In this document: in pieces, positions 12,170-27,100 of the stretch
How the letters are laid out: the number at the start of each line of letters is the position of its first letter
How positions within the stretch are numbered: position 1 is the stretch's first letter
Assembly (NCBI GenBank): GCA_951406725.2
Contig: OX597827.1
Span: 73,222,001-73,286,000 of the forward strand
Length of the DNA stretch: 64,000 bases
From: Octopus vulgaris
Taxonomy: Eukaryota
Direction of reading: 5' to 3'
Notes under the pieces: model-generated
Databases searched by the model: none
What the model saw: the letters and a program-made list of their open reading frames with translations, nothing else
What the model was told of the DNA's origin: nothing
Translations under genes and position numbers: made by a program

Positions 12170-15100
12170 TAGGGTGGCAAAGAAATGAAAATATACATTA
12201 CTTTAGTCGCTCATTGTAATATATAATATATATATACATGGCATAACATATCTTTATACTCACACTCAATAAAAGCTCGTCCTCATATAAACATATATAC
12301 ACGCGCAGACACACACGAGCGTGCGTCAAAATGTGACTGTGTATGTATACCGTGCGGAATAGGAGAGCAAGAACGTGTCAGGATGTTTCCAGCATTGTTT
12401 TTCTTTATTTAGTCACAATCAGTCTGTGTGATAAATGGTTATGCAGAAAGCTCTCAAAAATCACACAATTTGATGATAAAACCCATTTAAGATCAAACAA
12501 AGCGCAAGACAAAAACTATCCAGTTGAGAGATAAAGAAACAGCAGACACAATTTAGAGGAAACATATAAATACTTATGGATTAAAACAGACTATAACGCG
12601 CACAAATGAAAAGGTCGGCAAAGAATGATTAGATTAAATACTTAACACGAATGTAAAAGCAATAAGTAAATAACATAGAAAGAAGTAAATATTAGGCAAT
12701 AGGTGTCAATAATCTGTTTTATTAATATGTTAAAGTTAGACTATTCTCAACGAGACTATAACAGATACAAAACTGAAGTTGTAAAGATAATTTTAAGAAG
12801 AATGGAGAAACGACTCATTAGGGAAAGCCTAAAAGTAAAGCTAAAACAATAGGGTTACAGAATGTCATGGTAAAGAGACGATAAGAAGATCCTTCACGTA
12901 GGATATGCCAATCTAAACTTATAGGGAGATTATGGTAGATCAATCGAACGTTGTTGTCAGCGAGCACCAGAAAAGAAAATGCCTTCACATCGTAGTAACA
13001 TTCCGAACCGATGATAATGTATTGTCCATATTGAAATATAGAAATCTAAATATAAAGGTATGGAAATGAAGATGACTATAGAATTGACAATGTAATTCCA
13101 ATAATGAGAATTGCACTGGGAATTATTAAAGCATGCAGACAAATATATAACAAAGAAATTCGAGGAATTAAAAATATACACGACACACTGCAAATAGCTT
13201 GATTAGGCAGAGCATGCATATTACATAGATTACTTTCAATGTAATAGAAAAAACACAGAACTAAAACAATACACTCTACATACAAATGGCCCACAGAACT
13301 GCGCTCAGTAATCCACAAAAGGGAATCAATAAAAATAAGACAACTAAACAATAATAATAACAAAGGCAATAAAACAAAACGAACAAATAACAGCAACAAC
13401 AATAATGATTATGATGATAGTAATGCTCATTTCTGCAGTAGGCACAAAGCTTGGAAATTGAAGGAAGTGACTAGTCCATCGCAGAGAACAAGGTTCTCAA
13501 ATGTTGCTTATTTGATCAACTCCGACGAGATGAAAGGCAAAGTTGATCTCGGTGACATTTAAACTCAGAAGGTGAAGTCGGAAGAAATACTGATAAAAAT
13601 TATGTCCAGTGTGCTAACGATTCGACCAGCTTACCGTCTTCAACTTAATGTGTCAGTTCTATAAAAGGGAAGAATGCTACTGTTATTTAGCCCTAGGAGA
13701 AACACCGTTTCCTTTTGGATTTGACACATTTACTATGCCCTTATGTTTCATAAGGGTAAGGAAATGTGTCAAGTCCAACAGGAAACGGTGTTTCCTAGGG
13801 CTAAATAACAGTAGCATTCTTCCCTTTCATGGGACTGTCACATTAAGTTGACAACATACTATCACTTTATCATGCTGCTACTGCATAAATCTCTCTGAGA
13901 GATTTAGAAAAACATTATTTCAACGCTAATATTATTTTATTTCTTTATTGCACACAAGGGGCTAAACACAGGGGGGACAAACAAGGTCAGACGAAGAGAT
14001 TAAGTCGATTACATCGACCCTAGTGCGTAAATGGTACTTATTTAATCGACCCCGAAAGGATGAGAGGCAAAGTCGACCTCCGTGGGTTTTGAACTCAGAA
14101 CGTAGATAGACGGGATACCGCTAAGCATTTCGCTCGGCGTGCTAACGTTTCTGCTTGCTCGCTGTCTTGTTAACATTGCTAATATTGACAAACCTCTTAT
14201 CCATCAATGGTTCGCTTCCTCAGATTTAAAATCGAACGCAGAAGGGTCTAACAGAGCAGCCCCGGATCAATGCCTGCCTACAAGAAGCTTTCAGGTCAAC
14301 ATCATAAAGAACGGCAGCAACCTAGTATGTAGCACGTGTAAAAGACAGGATGAAACCATCGATCACATTGTCTCCATTTATAGCTCAGAGTACCTCAATA
14401 GGTATGATAGAACTGCACAGTATATCCACTGGGTAATTTGCAAGCACCAATACTTGACCACAAACAGCTAGAAAAGCAAAATAATAAAAACAGGCTCTAG
14501 CATCAAATCCCGAATGTGCAACCAGCAGAACGAAAGTTGACCATATCATCTCTGGCTTTCCAGTCGTTGCCAAATCTGAATATATATACAGACGTGACTG
14601 AAACATTACTACACAAAAAAGGATACCTGACAACAACCGGGTCACACTCATCTGGGACATGTCTGCACAAATTAAACAAAGAAGTAGAAGCTAAAAAAAC
14701 CCAAACATAATAAAGGATTGGAAAAAAACATCTACTCACAGGGAGAAAGGGGCCTCATAGGATGCAAGATCTATGTTACCAACGAGAAGAACAATCCGAG
14801 ATGGTACGTCAAACAGCAGGGTGAATCCTTGCTTGTTGCTGTTAGAAAGAACCACACAATACCTACCGAAAATGTGATGCATCTAAGAACATTTAAGAAA
14901 CAAGATAAAGAACAGCGAAAAACAATTGGAAAATGAAAACAATGCTGGAGCAATACCTCAAAGAAATCGAAGGAAAAGACAAGACCAACACATGGAGATG
15001 GTAACGAGAAAGCAATATACAGCGCCCAGGAACTAACTACACCAAGTTCCAAATAGATAAGAACAGTGAATCGTTCTCTGTATGATGTGTAGCAGCGAAA

Positions 15101-18100
15101 ACGAAATAATCTCACATATTGTGAGTGAGTATAGCAAGTTGGCCCAAAAGCACCACAAAAGGAGGCGCGATAACGTGGTTATGTTTATTCACTAGAAACT
15201 GTGTGAAAAGTTCGGTCTGGGTAGAGCACGGAACTGGTACAAACATGGATCAGAGGCTGTTCCTGAGAACTATGAATGTAAGATCCTGTTATAAAATAAA
15301 AGATATTCACCTATCTTCAAATTTACTGGATCTTCCCCTTCTGTCTAAATTGATACTTGGTATAGTCAATCTCTTTAACCCTCTTCAAGTGCAACCGTCA
15401 TGCAGTCTTCTTAGCAATTGCCACAAGATATAGTTATTCGACTTAAACACGATAACACTTCCACCAGTCAGTAATATCTGGCCATTGATCAGATGCGTAG
15501 AGAAGGTTTCGTTTCGTTGCTCGATTGACAGCAATTTTGTCTGTTGAATTTATCTCGAATCTGCTGTACCCCCGGGCAGTACAGCTATGCCAGGGTAGGG
15601 TATAACGTCTGAAAGTGCAGCTAGGCTAGGAGTTTTGGGAAGATAGTCAGGCTCTATGCTCAAACTCCTCCAAATATACTTCATAGATAGACTTCGTTGT
15701 CACCCAAAATCTTCCCTAAGAAATCGTTAATCATCCCCTTCCTCCTATGGCCCTCTATTGTGTGTTAATGTGGACATTCTAATATCTTCAAAAATCGGCT
15801 GAGAGAGGAGAGCGAACGCCTAATATCATTCCATGACCACCTCCTTGCCAACTTATTTGCGGTCGGCTCATCTTGGCTGCCCTGTCAAAGATACAATCTG
15901 TAGAAGAACGTGCTTTACAAATGGCAAAATAAATATCATCACTGCTCCAAATCTCCTGGAGATGTCGTAGCTTCGTTCTATGCCTAAGAATCACCAGACA
16001 GAGAATGTCAAGTTCGACGTTCTCTGTGCTGGTGTCGACATTAGAAGGACCGATCCAACCTTTCAGCACAGCGGTTTGTCAATATTAAATTATGACAGCG
16101 ATGTATACAATCGCCATTTCTATCTGATCTCCCATCGCTTGCTTTTACTCAGCCCATTTCTAGTTCAGACTGGTTCTCTTCTAGCTCAGACAAGTGGCTT
16201 GTGTGAATCAAATCTCAGCTACCTTCACTGCGTGGACTTGATGCTTCAGTGTCATACAGCTGGGCCATAACCTTATTCTCTTGTTGTCGCCTGGTGCTCC
16301 CTCGGTATGAGGCTGACTATTTTTATTTCGGATGCGTCCGATGCTGCATAGACAATGCCGTCTGCATAAGCAGATATTATACATTCCACCCCTCTTCATT
16401 CTGCACCCCATTTGAAATATGAGAAGGGGTTACACCCATAGCAATCCGAGCCCATCATGTCTGCAACCTGTTGCAAAAAGAAAACTCCGCAAAGAAAATG
16501 ATGAACAAACCTGGTTTGATATATCACAGTCCGAAGATGAGACAATCCTCATCTCTTGCATAGCTTCTCAGCCGAATTACAACCCTTATTTAGGGCAAGC
16601 CATCAATGGAGTTTTTCAATTTCTAGTCAGCCGTTTTTGCCGAATAATTTAAGAAAGGACTGCTAAAACGGTATTGGATATGACATTCTTCATTAGAGTT
16701 GTTCGTTAGAACCACCATGTTTCGCTACTATCGAACGCACTTGTGTTAGCTTGGATAACACTCCCTCGTCATTATCGTTGAAATAGTTTCTTGCTATCTT
16801 TACAACCACTTTGTTATTAAGTGCCAGCTGCACTCAGCTTATATATTGCTAAATTTAGAAGTCTGATATTACTCACTTTATTTTACCGGATATTCTCTAT
16901 TGTTATTTTCAGACCCACCCAGTGTCTAATATTTATCGTTCTCCCGTTAGTTTCCGTTCAACTACCTGACTCATTCATCACTCTTTAAACTTTAAATACT
17001 GTATTCGATGCGTTTATCAATTGATCAAACTGATAACAAACTGATCACAAGATTATCCCAAGACCTTGTTGATCTCACGAAAGCGTGAATTGCTTACTTT
17101 ATTACAGTCGGCTTCCCTCACAAATATCCTACAATATCTAAAGTATTATGTGGACGATCCGCTGCGATTTGACCAAATCTTCGAAGGTGCATCTGAGTAA
17201 TCCGGTTGATTTCAATCATGCAGTTAAAGATAAGAGAATAGATAGAAGAGATCCTGGCAGCTCATTATTCTCAGCGATAATTCCTTCAGAACTCAAAATA
17301 CGTCTAAGTCACCAATCCCGTCTGAGGTGTACCCAGAAAGGTATTCACACATCTCGGCGCAGAATACAAATCCTTTTCATGATCGCCACCCACCGCCGAC
17401 ATAACAAATGCGATAGAAATCTAAAGGAAATTTTGCACCCCTTCAAACATGCGACCGGGAGCGATGACCTCCCTTGCTTCCCTTCTTGTGTATCTAATAC
17501 ACGAGACCTTATTTAGTGAATATTATCTTCGTGTAATATTAAAATGGATATCATAAAAATAAATACGTGGATTTATTTGAATGACAGCCTCAGTCCGAAG
17601 AAGAATGCTAGCAACTATGAGAAGGAATCTCTTCCATCATTCTCAGGCAACTCCTTTTAGAGATCTCTGGGAATGAAGATTGAGAGATAAGAACTTATAC
17701 TCAGATAAGAGATATAGGCTGAATGATTGCAAGAAAGAGGACTCCTCTAAGGGCAGCCAAGACTCACATTGTGGTGTTAAACCCTGTGACCGACTGATGC
17801 TGTCAACGAAATTGTCTCTTTGACATTCTATACTGTCTACCTTCCAAGACCCACTCACAAGGCTTTGGAGCAAACAATTTAAGTACACAGTTATACCCGT
17901 GAAAAATTTTATGCACAATGACCTTACCTTGTCGCCGTTATTTAAAAAGATAAACTGTAAACGTTCAAAGGGAGATAATTTCTTGATATTGAGAAACATG
18001 ATTATCTTCGATTGCAAAGTGAACCTTGCATAACTGTTATTAGTTAAAACTATAAATGCTATTATAGTATATACATTATATCGTTAATAATACATACAAA

Positions 18101-21100
18101 CATACATACATATATATATCTATATATCATATATATATATATATATATGTTTTATATATATATGTATATATATATATATATTTCAAATATATACATTACA
18201 TACATATATGATATACGCGTGTATACACCTGATATCAGTATATATATATATATATATATACATGTAACCGATCATTTATACACATACATTCTTATACAAA
18301 CAAGTCTGCAGACGCACACTCACACCCAAACATGTACAAGAACGCATACTCACACACGCCAGCACGGATGCACGCACGCACGCACACACACACACACACA
18401 CACACACAACACACACAAGCAGACACTAACAGACACACACAAACACAAGCACACACACACAAACACACACAAGCACAAACACACACACAAGCACAAGCAC
18501 ACACACACACACACACACACAAGCACACACACACACACACGTAAATCTGATGAATTTACCCGACACTTTCGACTTATGAAGATTGAACATTTCAGTAGAC
18601 ATGATTTGATTTGTTATGTTTTTGTCTCTTGCGTGACGCTTAGCCAGAAACACCTCTGCACACCAACCCTAAATACAGACAGCTACAGGAGTTTCAGTTC
18701 AGATAAATTTCAGCATTCGTTCTTAATTCTCTGTGATCTGGCTGTTCCAACAAGGATGTTGATGGCTTTAAGATTTTAAGATTACAATTGAGCCTGTCCT
18801 GCTCACATATCATGCAACATCACGAATCTGTCTATACGTGAGGATTTTTGGCAGTCTTTCGTTGCTCATTCTGTCGACATGGTTGTTCTCTCTGAGGTGT
18901 GATCGAATCAGAAATGTTTCTAGTTCTACACCACAACCATCTAGGACTCTGATTCCAACTCGGGAACACAGCATAGCCTTCATTGGAGTTTCCGTAGCTA
19001 CAGTCTTGGACCAGATGCATAGTTTGCAAGACCATATGCAGGATGTTACACGAGACACCACGAGATAAGATGGCCGTTGGCTGACAAAGAGTTCATCCGT
19101 CCTTCAATAGTTCTTGTTTTTTTATGTTCTGCAGAACATGCACAACACTTCCTTACCTGGAAAGCCAGATTAGGGAGCTGGTTTGGTTACTGACCACCCA
19201 CCTATAAAACATATAGTACTGGGTTACAACGTATCAGTAGCAGGATTTTCCTGATCTAACCTAGAAACGTTTCAGTACTGCCAGCGGCAAATTTAGCAAG
19301 CAAATCAAAATTGAATATTTTTGTCCTGCATGTTACATCCAAAGAAGATAGCGTTTGTCGTAAACTTCGAACGATTTTTTTTTCACAACAGCATTATTTT
19401 ACAAACACTTCTTTCTCGTACTTTCCATCAGGATTGTAGATCAGTTGGGATTCATAGGTCTGGATTCCTTTAACCGACTTTATCAATTACTCATTAATTG
19501 TGACAGGAAAAAAAACAGGTCAAAATTAAGAATTTTAAGTAAACTTTCGGTGAAGGGTTCTAGCGCTTCATTTTAGGACACATTTTATACAAATCGATTA
19601 ACAAATTGTATAGTTGTAGCAGTGAAAAAAGGAACTAATGACTAATTTTTCAATGTATGCTGTTATACGTAAGCATCCTCATGTTACTTTTATTCTTACG
19701 TGATTCCAGAAAATTGATATGTGCTTCGATGACATGTAAGTGACTCGAAATAATTTCAAACAAGATCACTCGGAGAGCGCAAATTTCCGCCAAGACAACA
19801 CCGACGTCCTCTCAACGAGTAGCAAGAGGGATGATTTTTTAAAATGAGAATATCTGAAATACACTCGACTGCTCTCACAAACGAGAATACTAAAGATAAA
19901 CCCGACCACTCTAAACAATTAAGTAAAAAAATCAGGAAAAATAATCCAGAATCCTATTTCAGTACCGAATCACTCCCAAAATCTAATCAGTTCATGCTAG
20001 TCACAAAGACAAACATCCCTGACAGTTTCATCAGAATCCATCCAGCGGTTCTTGAGATATCTTATCCACGGGCAAACAAACAAACACGACTGAAAACAAT
20101 ACCTCTGCCTTCGCTAAGGCAGAGGTAAAAATGCGATGTTAAAGGAAACTGTCAGGAGTGACACATACGAAACTGTTTTTAACCCCGGTTAATAATACAC
20201 ATACGAAGCTGTTTTTAACCTCCGTTAATAAGACATATACGAAGCTGATTTTACCCTCGTTAATAAGACACATACGAAGTTGTTTTTACCCCCTTTAATA
20301 AGACACATAAAAAGCTGTTTTATCCCCGTTGATAAGACACATACGAAGCTGTTTTACCCCTGTTAATAAGACACATATGAAGTTGTTTTACCCCTGTTAA
20401 TAAGACACATACGAAGCTGCTTTACCCTCGTTAATAAGACGCATACAAAGCTGTTTTACCCCTGTTATTAAGACACATACGAAGCTGTTTTAAACCCCCG
20501 TTAATAAGACACACACGTAGCTGTTTAACCCCTGTTAATAAGACACATACGAAGCTGTTTTACCCCTGTTAATAAGACACATACGAAGCTGTTTTACCGT
20601 GTTAATAAGACACATACGAAGCTGTTTTAACCCCGTTAATAAGACACATATGAAGCAGTTTTTAACCCCCGTTAATAATACACACACGTAGCTGTTTTTA
20701 ATCCACGTTAATAAGACACACACGAAGCTGTTTTACCCCTGTTAATAAGACACATGCGAAGCTGTTTTACCCCTGTTAATAAGACACATACGAAGCTGTT
20801 TTACCCCAGTTAATAAGACACATACGAAGCTGTTTTACCCCTGTTATTAAGACACATACGAAGCTGTTTTAAACCCCCGTTAATAAGACACACACGTAGC
20901 TGTTTAACCCCTGTTAATAAGACACATACGAAGCTGTTTTACCCCTGTTAATAAGACACATACGAAGCTGTTTTACCGTGTTAATAAGACACATACGAAG
21001 CTGTTTTAACCCCGTTAAAAAGACACATACGAAGCAGTTTTTAACCCCCGTTAATAATACACACACGTAGCTGTTTTAAACCCCCGTTAATAAGACACAC

Positions 21101-24100
21101 ACGTAGCTGTTTTACGGCTGTTAATAAGACACATGCGAAGCTGTTTTACCCCTGTTAATAAGAAACATACGAAGCTGTTTTACCCCGTTAATAGGACACA
21201 TTCAAAGCTGTTTTACCCCGTTATTAAGACACATGCGAAGCTGTTTTAATCCGTTAATAAGACACATACAAAGCTGTTTTACCCCGTTGATAAGACACAT
21301 ACGAAGCTGTTTTACCCCCGTTAATAGGACACATACAAACCAGTTTTACTCCGTTAATAAGACACTTACGAAGTTGTTTTTACCCCCGGTAATAAGACAC
21401 ATACGAAGCTGATTTACCCGTTAATAAGACACATACGAAGCTGTTTTATCCCGTTAATAAGACACATACGAAGCTGTTTTACCCCGTTAATAATACACAA
21501 ACGAAGCTGTTTCACCCCCGTTAAAAACACGCATAAAACGCTGTTTTACCCCGTTAATAAGACACATACGAAGCTGTTTTACCCCCGTTAATAAGACACA
21601 TACGAAGCTGTTTTACCCCGTTATTAATACACATACGAAGCAGTTTTACCCCCGTTAATAAGACAAATACGAAGCTGTTTTAGCCCGTTAATAAGGCACA
21701 TACGAAGCCGTTTTACTCCGTTAATGATACACATACGAAGTTGTTTTATCCCGTTAATAAGACACATACGAAGCTGTATTACGCCGTTAATAAGACACAT
21801 ACGAAGCTGTTTTACCCTGTAAATAAGAAACATGCGAAGCTGTTTTACCCCGTTAATAAGGCACATACGAAGCTGTTTTAGCCCGTTAATGAGACACATA
21901 TGAAGCTCTTTTATACCCGTTAATAAGACACATACGAAGCTGTTTTACCCCGTTAATAAGACACATACGAAGCTGTTGTACCCCATTAACAATACGCATA
22001 CGAAGCTGTTTTACCCCCTTAATAAGACACATAGAAATTTGTTTTACCCCGTTCATAAGGCACATATGAAGCGGTTTTACCCCGTTAATAATACACATAC
22101 GAAGCTAATTTACCCCGTTAATAAGACACATACGAAGCTGTTTTACCCTGTAAATAAGACACATGCGAAGCTGTTTTAACCCGTTAATAAGGCACATACG
22201 AAGCTGTTTTAGCCCGTTAATAAAACACATATGAAGCTGTTTTATCCCCGTTAATAAGACAAATACGAAGCTGTTTTACCCCGTTAATAAGACACATACG
22301 AAGCTGTTTTATCCCGTTAACAATACGCATACGAAGCTGTTTTAACCCCTTAATAAGATACATACAAAGTTGTTTTACCCTGTTCATAAGACACATACGA
22401 CGCTCTTTTACCCCCTTAATAAGACATATACGAAGCTGTTTTACCCCGTTAATAAGACACATACGAAGCTGTTTTACCCCGTTAACAAGAAACATACAAG
22501 GCTGTTTTACCCTCGTTAATAAGATACATACGAAGCTGTAATACCCTGTTAATAAGACACATACGAAGGTGTTTTATCCCGTTAATAAGACACATATGAA
22601 GCTGTTTTACACCCGTTAATAAGACACATACGAAGCTGTTTTACCCTGTTAATAAGACACATGCGAAGCTGTTTTACCCAGTTAATAAGACACATACGAA
22701 GCTGTTTAACCCCTTTAATAATGAACATACGAAGCTGTTTTACTCCCGTTAATAAGAGACATACGAAGCTGTTTTACACCGTTAATAATACACATACGAA
22801 GCTGTTTTAACCCCGTTACCAAGACACATACGAAGGTGTTTTGCCCCGTTAATAAGACACATACGAAGCTGGTTTACCCTATTAATAAGACACATACGAA
22901 GCCGTTTTACCCCGTTAAGAAGACACATGCGAAGTTGTTTTACCCCCGTTAATAAGACACATACGAAGCTGTTTTACCCCGTTAATAAGACACATGCGAA
23001 GCTGTTTTACCCTGTTAATAAGACATATACGAAGCTGTTTTACCCCGGTAATAATACACATACGAAGCTGTTTTACCCAGTTAATAAGACACATACCAAG
23101 CTATTTTACCCCCGATAATAAGACACATACGAAGCTGTTTTACCCCGTTAATAATACACATACGTAGCTGTTTTACCCCGTTAATAAAACACATGCGAAG
23201 CTGTTTTACCCACATAAATAATACACATACGAAGCTTTTTTACCCCCGTTAATAATACACATACCAAGCTGTTTTAGTCCGTTAATAAGACACTTACGAA
23301 GCTGTTTTATCCCGTTAATAAGACACATACGAATCTGTTTCCCATGATAATAAGACACATGTGACGCTGTTTTACCCTGTTAATAAGTCACATACGAAGC
23401 TGTTTTACCCCCGTTATTAATACACAAACGAAGCTGTTTTACTCCCGTTAATAAGACACATACAAAGCTGTTTTACCGCATTAATAAGACACATACAAAG
23501 CTGTTTTACCCCCGTTAATAAGACACATACGAAGCTGTTATCCCCCGGTTATTAGACACATACGAAGCTATTTTACTCCGTTAATAAGACTCATACGATG
23601 CTGTTTTACCCCCCTTAATAACACACATACGAAGCTGTTTTACCCCGTTAAAAAGACACATGTGAAGCTGTTTAACCCCGTTAACAATACACATACGAAG
23701 CTGTTTTACCCCCGTTAATAAGACGTACAAATTTTTTTTCCCCGTTAAAAAGACACATACGAACCTTTTGTACCCCGTTAATAAGACACATACGAAGCTG
23801 TTTTACCCCGTTAATGATACACATAGGAAGTTGTTTAACCCTTTCAATAAGACACATACGAAGCTGTTTTACCCCGTTAATAAGACACATACAAATCTGT
23901 TTTAGCCCGTTAATAAGACACATACGAAGCTGTTTTACCCCCGTTAAAAATACACTTACCAAGCTGTTTTAGCCCGTTAATAATACACATACGAAGCTGT
24001 TTTATCCCGTTAATAAGACACATACGTAGCTGTTTTCTCCTGTTAATAAGACACATGCGAAGCTGTTTTACCCTGTTAATAATTTACATACGAAGCTGTT

Positions 24101-27100
24101 TTAATCCTTTAATAATACATATACGAAGCTGTTTTACCCCCGTTAATAAGACACATACGAAGCTGTTTTACCCCATTAATAATACACATACGAAGCTGTT
24201 TTACCCCGTTAATAATACACATACGAAGCTGTTTTACCCCGTTAATAATAGACACCCGAAGCTGTTTTGCTTCGTTAATAAGACACATACGAAGCTGTTT
24301 TACCCCGTTAATAAGACACATACGAAGCTGTTTTACCCCCGATAATAAGACACATGCGAAGTTGTTTTACTCCGTAAATAATACACATACGAAGCTGTTT
24401 TACCCCGTTAATAAAACACATACGAAGCTGTTTTACCCACGTTAATAAGACACATACGAAGCTGTTTTACCCCGTTAATAAGACTGATACGAAGCTGTTT
24501 TACCCCCGTTAATAAGACACATACGAAGCTGTTTTACCCCGTTAATAAAACACATACGAAGCTGTTTTACCCTCGTTAATAAGACATATACGAAGCTGTT
24601 TTACCCCCGTTAATAAGACACATACGAAGCTGTTTTACCCTGTTAATAATACACATACGAAGGTGTTTTACCCCGTTAATAAGACACATACGAAGCTGTT
24701 TTACCCTCGTTAATAAGACATATACGAAGCTGTTTTACCCCCGTTAATAAGACACATACGAAGCTGTTTTACCCCCGTTTATAAGAGAAAACTAACTCAA
24801 CTGAATAAAACTGGTAAGGGACATCTCCAGTAGGTATTATTCACCTACTAATGTAGGCTCTTTTTCACACTCCGCTACAAATGCATACATGCTTGTACAA
24901 ATATTTGTGCGTGTGTATGTGTGTGCGTGTGTAGTTGCGTGTGTTTGCGTGCGTGTGTGCGTGTGTGTGAGAGAGAGTGAGAGAGAGACAGAGACAGAGA
25001 GAGAGAGGAAAAGACACGTCATCAGAATTTCAACTCAAATTCGTGACTGCTGGGCAAAATGACATCGTCTCGTTACAATATAGGACTGAGATGTGGACAT
25101 TGTATATTGATATACATCGCATGACTAGCGACATATTTGATTTGATGCGAAATACTATTAACAACGTTGTTGGTCATTTTAGGATAAAAGAAAATGAATC
25201 TTTGTAACTTAGTTTTGGAAGCAATCTTTCAAGTTTGTGACAGACAACAGACACAAGCCTAATGTACGGTGAGATGTTTGCTTCTCAGTCACATGAGTCC
25301 AAAGTTCAATTGCGCAGCACCTTGGGCAAGGGTCTTCTTCTACAACGCCGAGCCAATCTAAGCCTTGAGAGTAGATTTGTCAGATGGAAACTGAAATATC
25401 CCTATATATATATATATATATATATATAGTTAAACCAAACATGAAAACACAAAGAGGAAACACAACAACGCGAGGATGTGGAACAAGTATAGTGTTATTG
25501 GACGCTCAAGAAAGGAAAGAAAGAAGGAGGGCGTAACGTTTCAAGCGGAGCTCTTCGTCAGAAATATAGGAAAAGGAAAGATCCAAGGAAGGGAAGACGG
25601 AGGGAAAAAAATCACCAACGGTATACACGTGGTCACAAAACGGCCAAACTTCCGAATTCTTTTACATGACTTGAAAATCTTAAGGACCGCTGCAAAATTA
25701 GTGTGAATCTGAGAGGGGGACATGTTATGAAACCATAATTAACTGACCCTTCTCTATTTTCTTTTACTCCAAACCAGGAACTTTCGAGCACCCCGCTTTG
25801 TGTGTGTGTGTGTCTGTATATATATATCTATCTTATGTGTGTGTTTGTGTTTGCCAACCACCACCACAACCACCACCACCACCACCTACACCATATGATA
25901 ACCGGTGTGGGTTTGTTTACACACACATAATTTAGCACTTTGGCAAAAGCAACCGATAGAGTAAGTTCCAGGCTTTAAACGGTAATTGCTGGGGTCGATT
26001 CGTTCGGTTAAAATACTGCAAGGCGGTGCTCCAGCCGGGCCGAAGTTCGATGACTGAAACTTGTAAATGATATAAGAACTATATATGAAAGCCATGGGAT
26101 TTGGTACCCTCGTTTTATTGCAAAAAAAAAGTAATTCATGTTGAATATTTGCAGCTCAGCAGAAAGGCTATTTCCTTCCTGGATGGGACGTCAGTCCATC
26201 ACAGAATTACTCATCTTTGCCAGCTGAGTGGACTGGAGTAATGTGAAATAAAGAACACAACATATTGCCAGGTCCAGGAATCGAAACCACAAACAATGAG
26301 GTTGCCTGATCTAGTAGAAATAGCAGTCAAATTTTCAAGTTGCATATTTGTAAAAATAATGATAAGACTCACTTTTTACGATATACTAGATACGCAATAT
26401 CTGAAAATAAAGGACAAAGGAGTCATGCTTGGTGTACAATATGTGATACTATATATATAATGATGTACAGCGTGTTTGTATGGTGATGTATATAATTAAT
26501 TACTAAAGATATAAGCCATCAAAATCTTTTGCAAATCTATACAACGTATGTGTTATGATGTATATAAATGGAAATTAACAACAATATATAACTCTAAAAT
26601 GCATATCCACTTATGTTCATACGTGGACACATTTACTCATATAATTCAATGTTATCAACGTCTTTATGTGTCTTATATTGCAGGCAGGTTTGTGTACTTC
26701 CTGGAAAACCTGAGCACCAGTACAACCATCTTAACTATCATAGCCATCAGCTTGGAGCGATATTTTGCAATTTGTCATCCATTATTAAACTACAGCATGT
26801 TTAGCGGCTCCCGGGTCACAAAAGTGATTTTGGCAATATGGTTATTGGCTGCCTTAGTGTGTTTTCCTTTCCTGCTGACTTCAGAGCTGAAAGAATCGTC
26901 ATTCCATGATGGCAGTGAAGGATATATCTGCATTAATGACATCCATTTGATATGGCAGCATATCTATCTGTGGGTGATTCTTTTGCTGTTCTTTATTCTC
27001 CCACTTTTCCTGCTGATTATTCTCTATCTTCGAATCATCTGCACTTTGCTCAGTCAGACTCTTCAGGGAGCAGCCGACACTAGAAAGAATTGTGCTTCGA

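Noticed and set aside
20161-24787. CRISPR array or repeat-protein gene
   Set aside because: Units abut with no unique spacers, there are no cas genes, the context is a eukaryotic intron, and 33/34/35-bp length variation breaks every frame.
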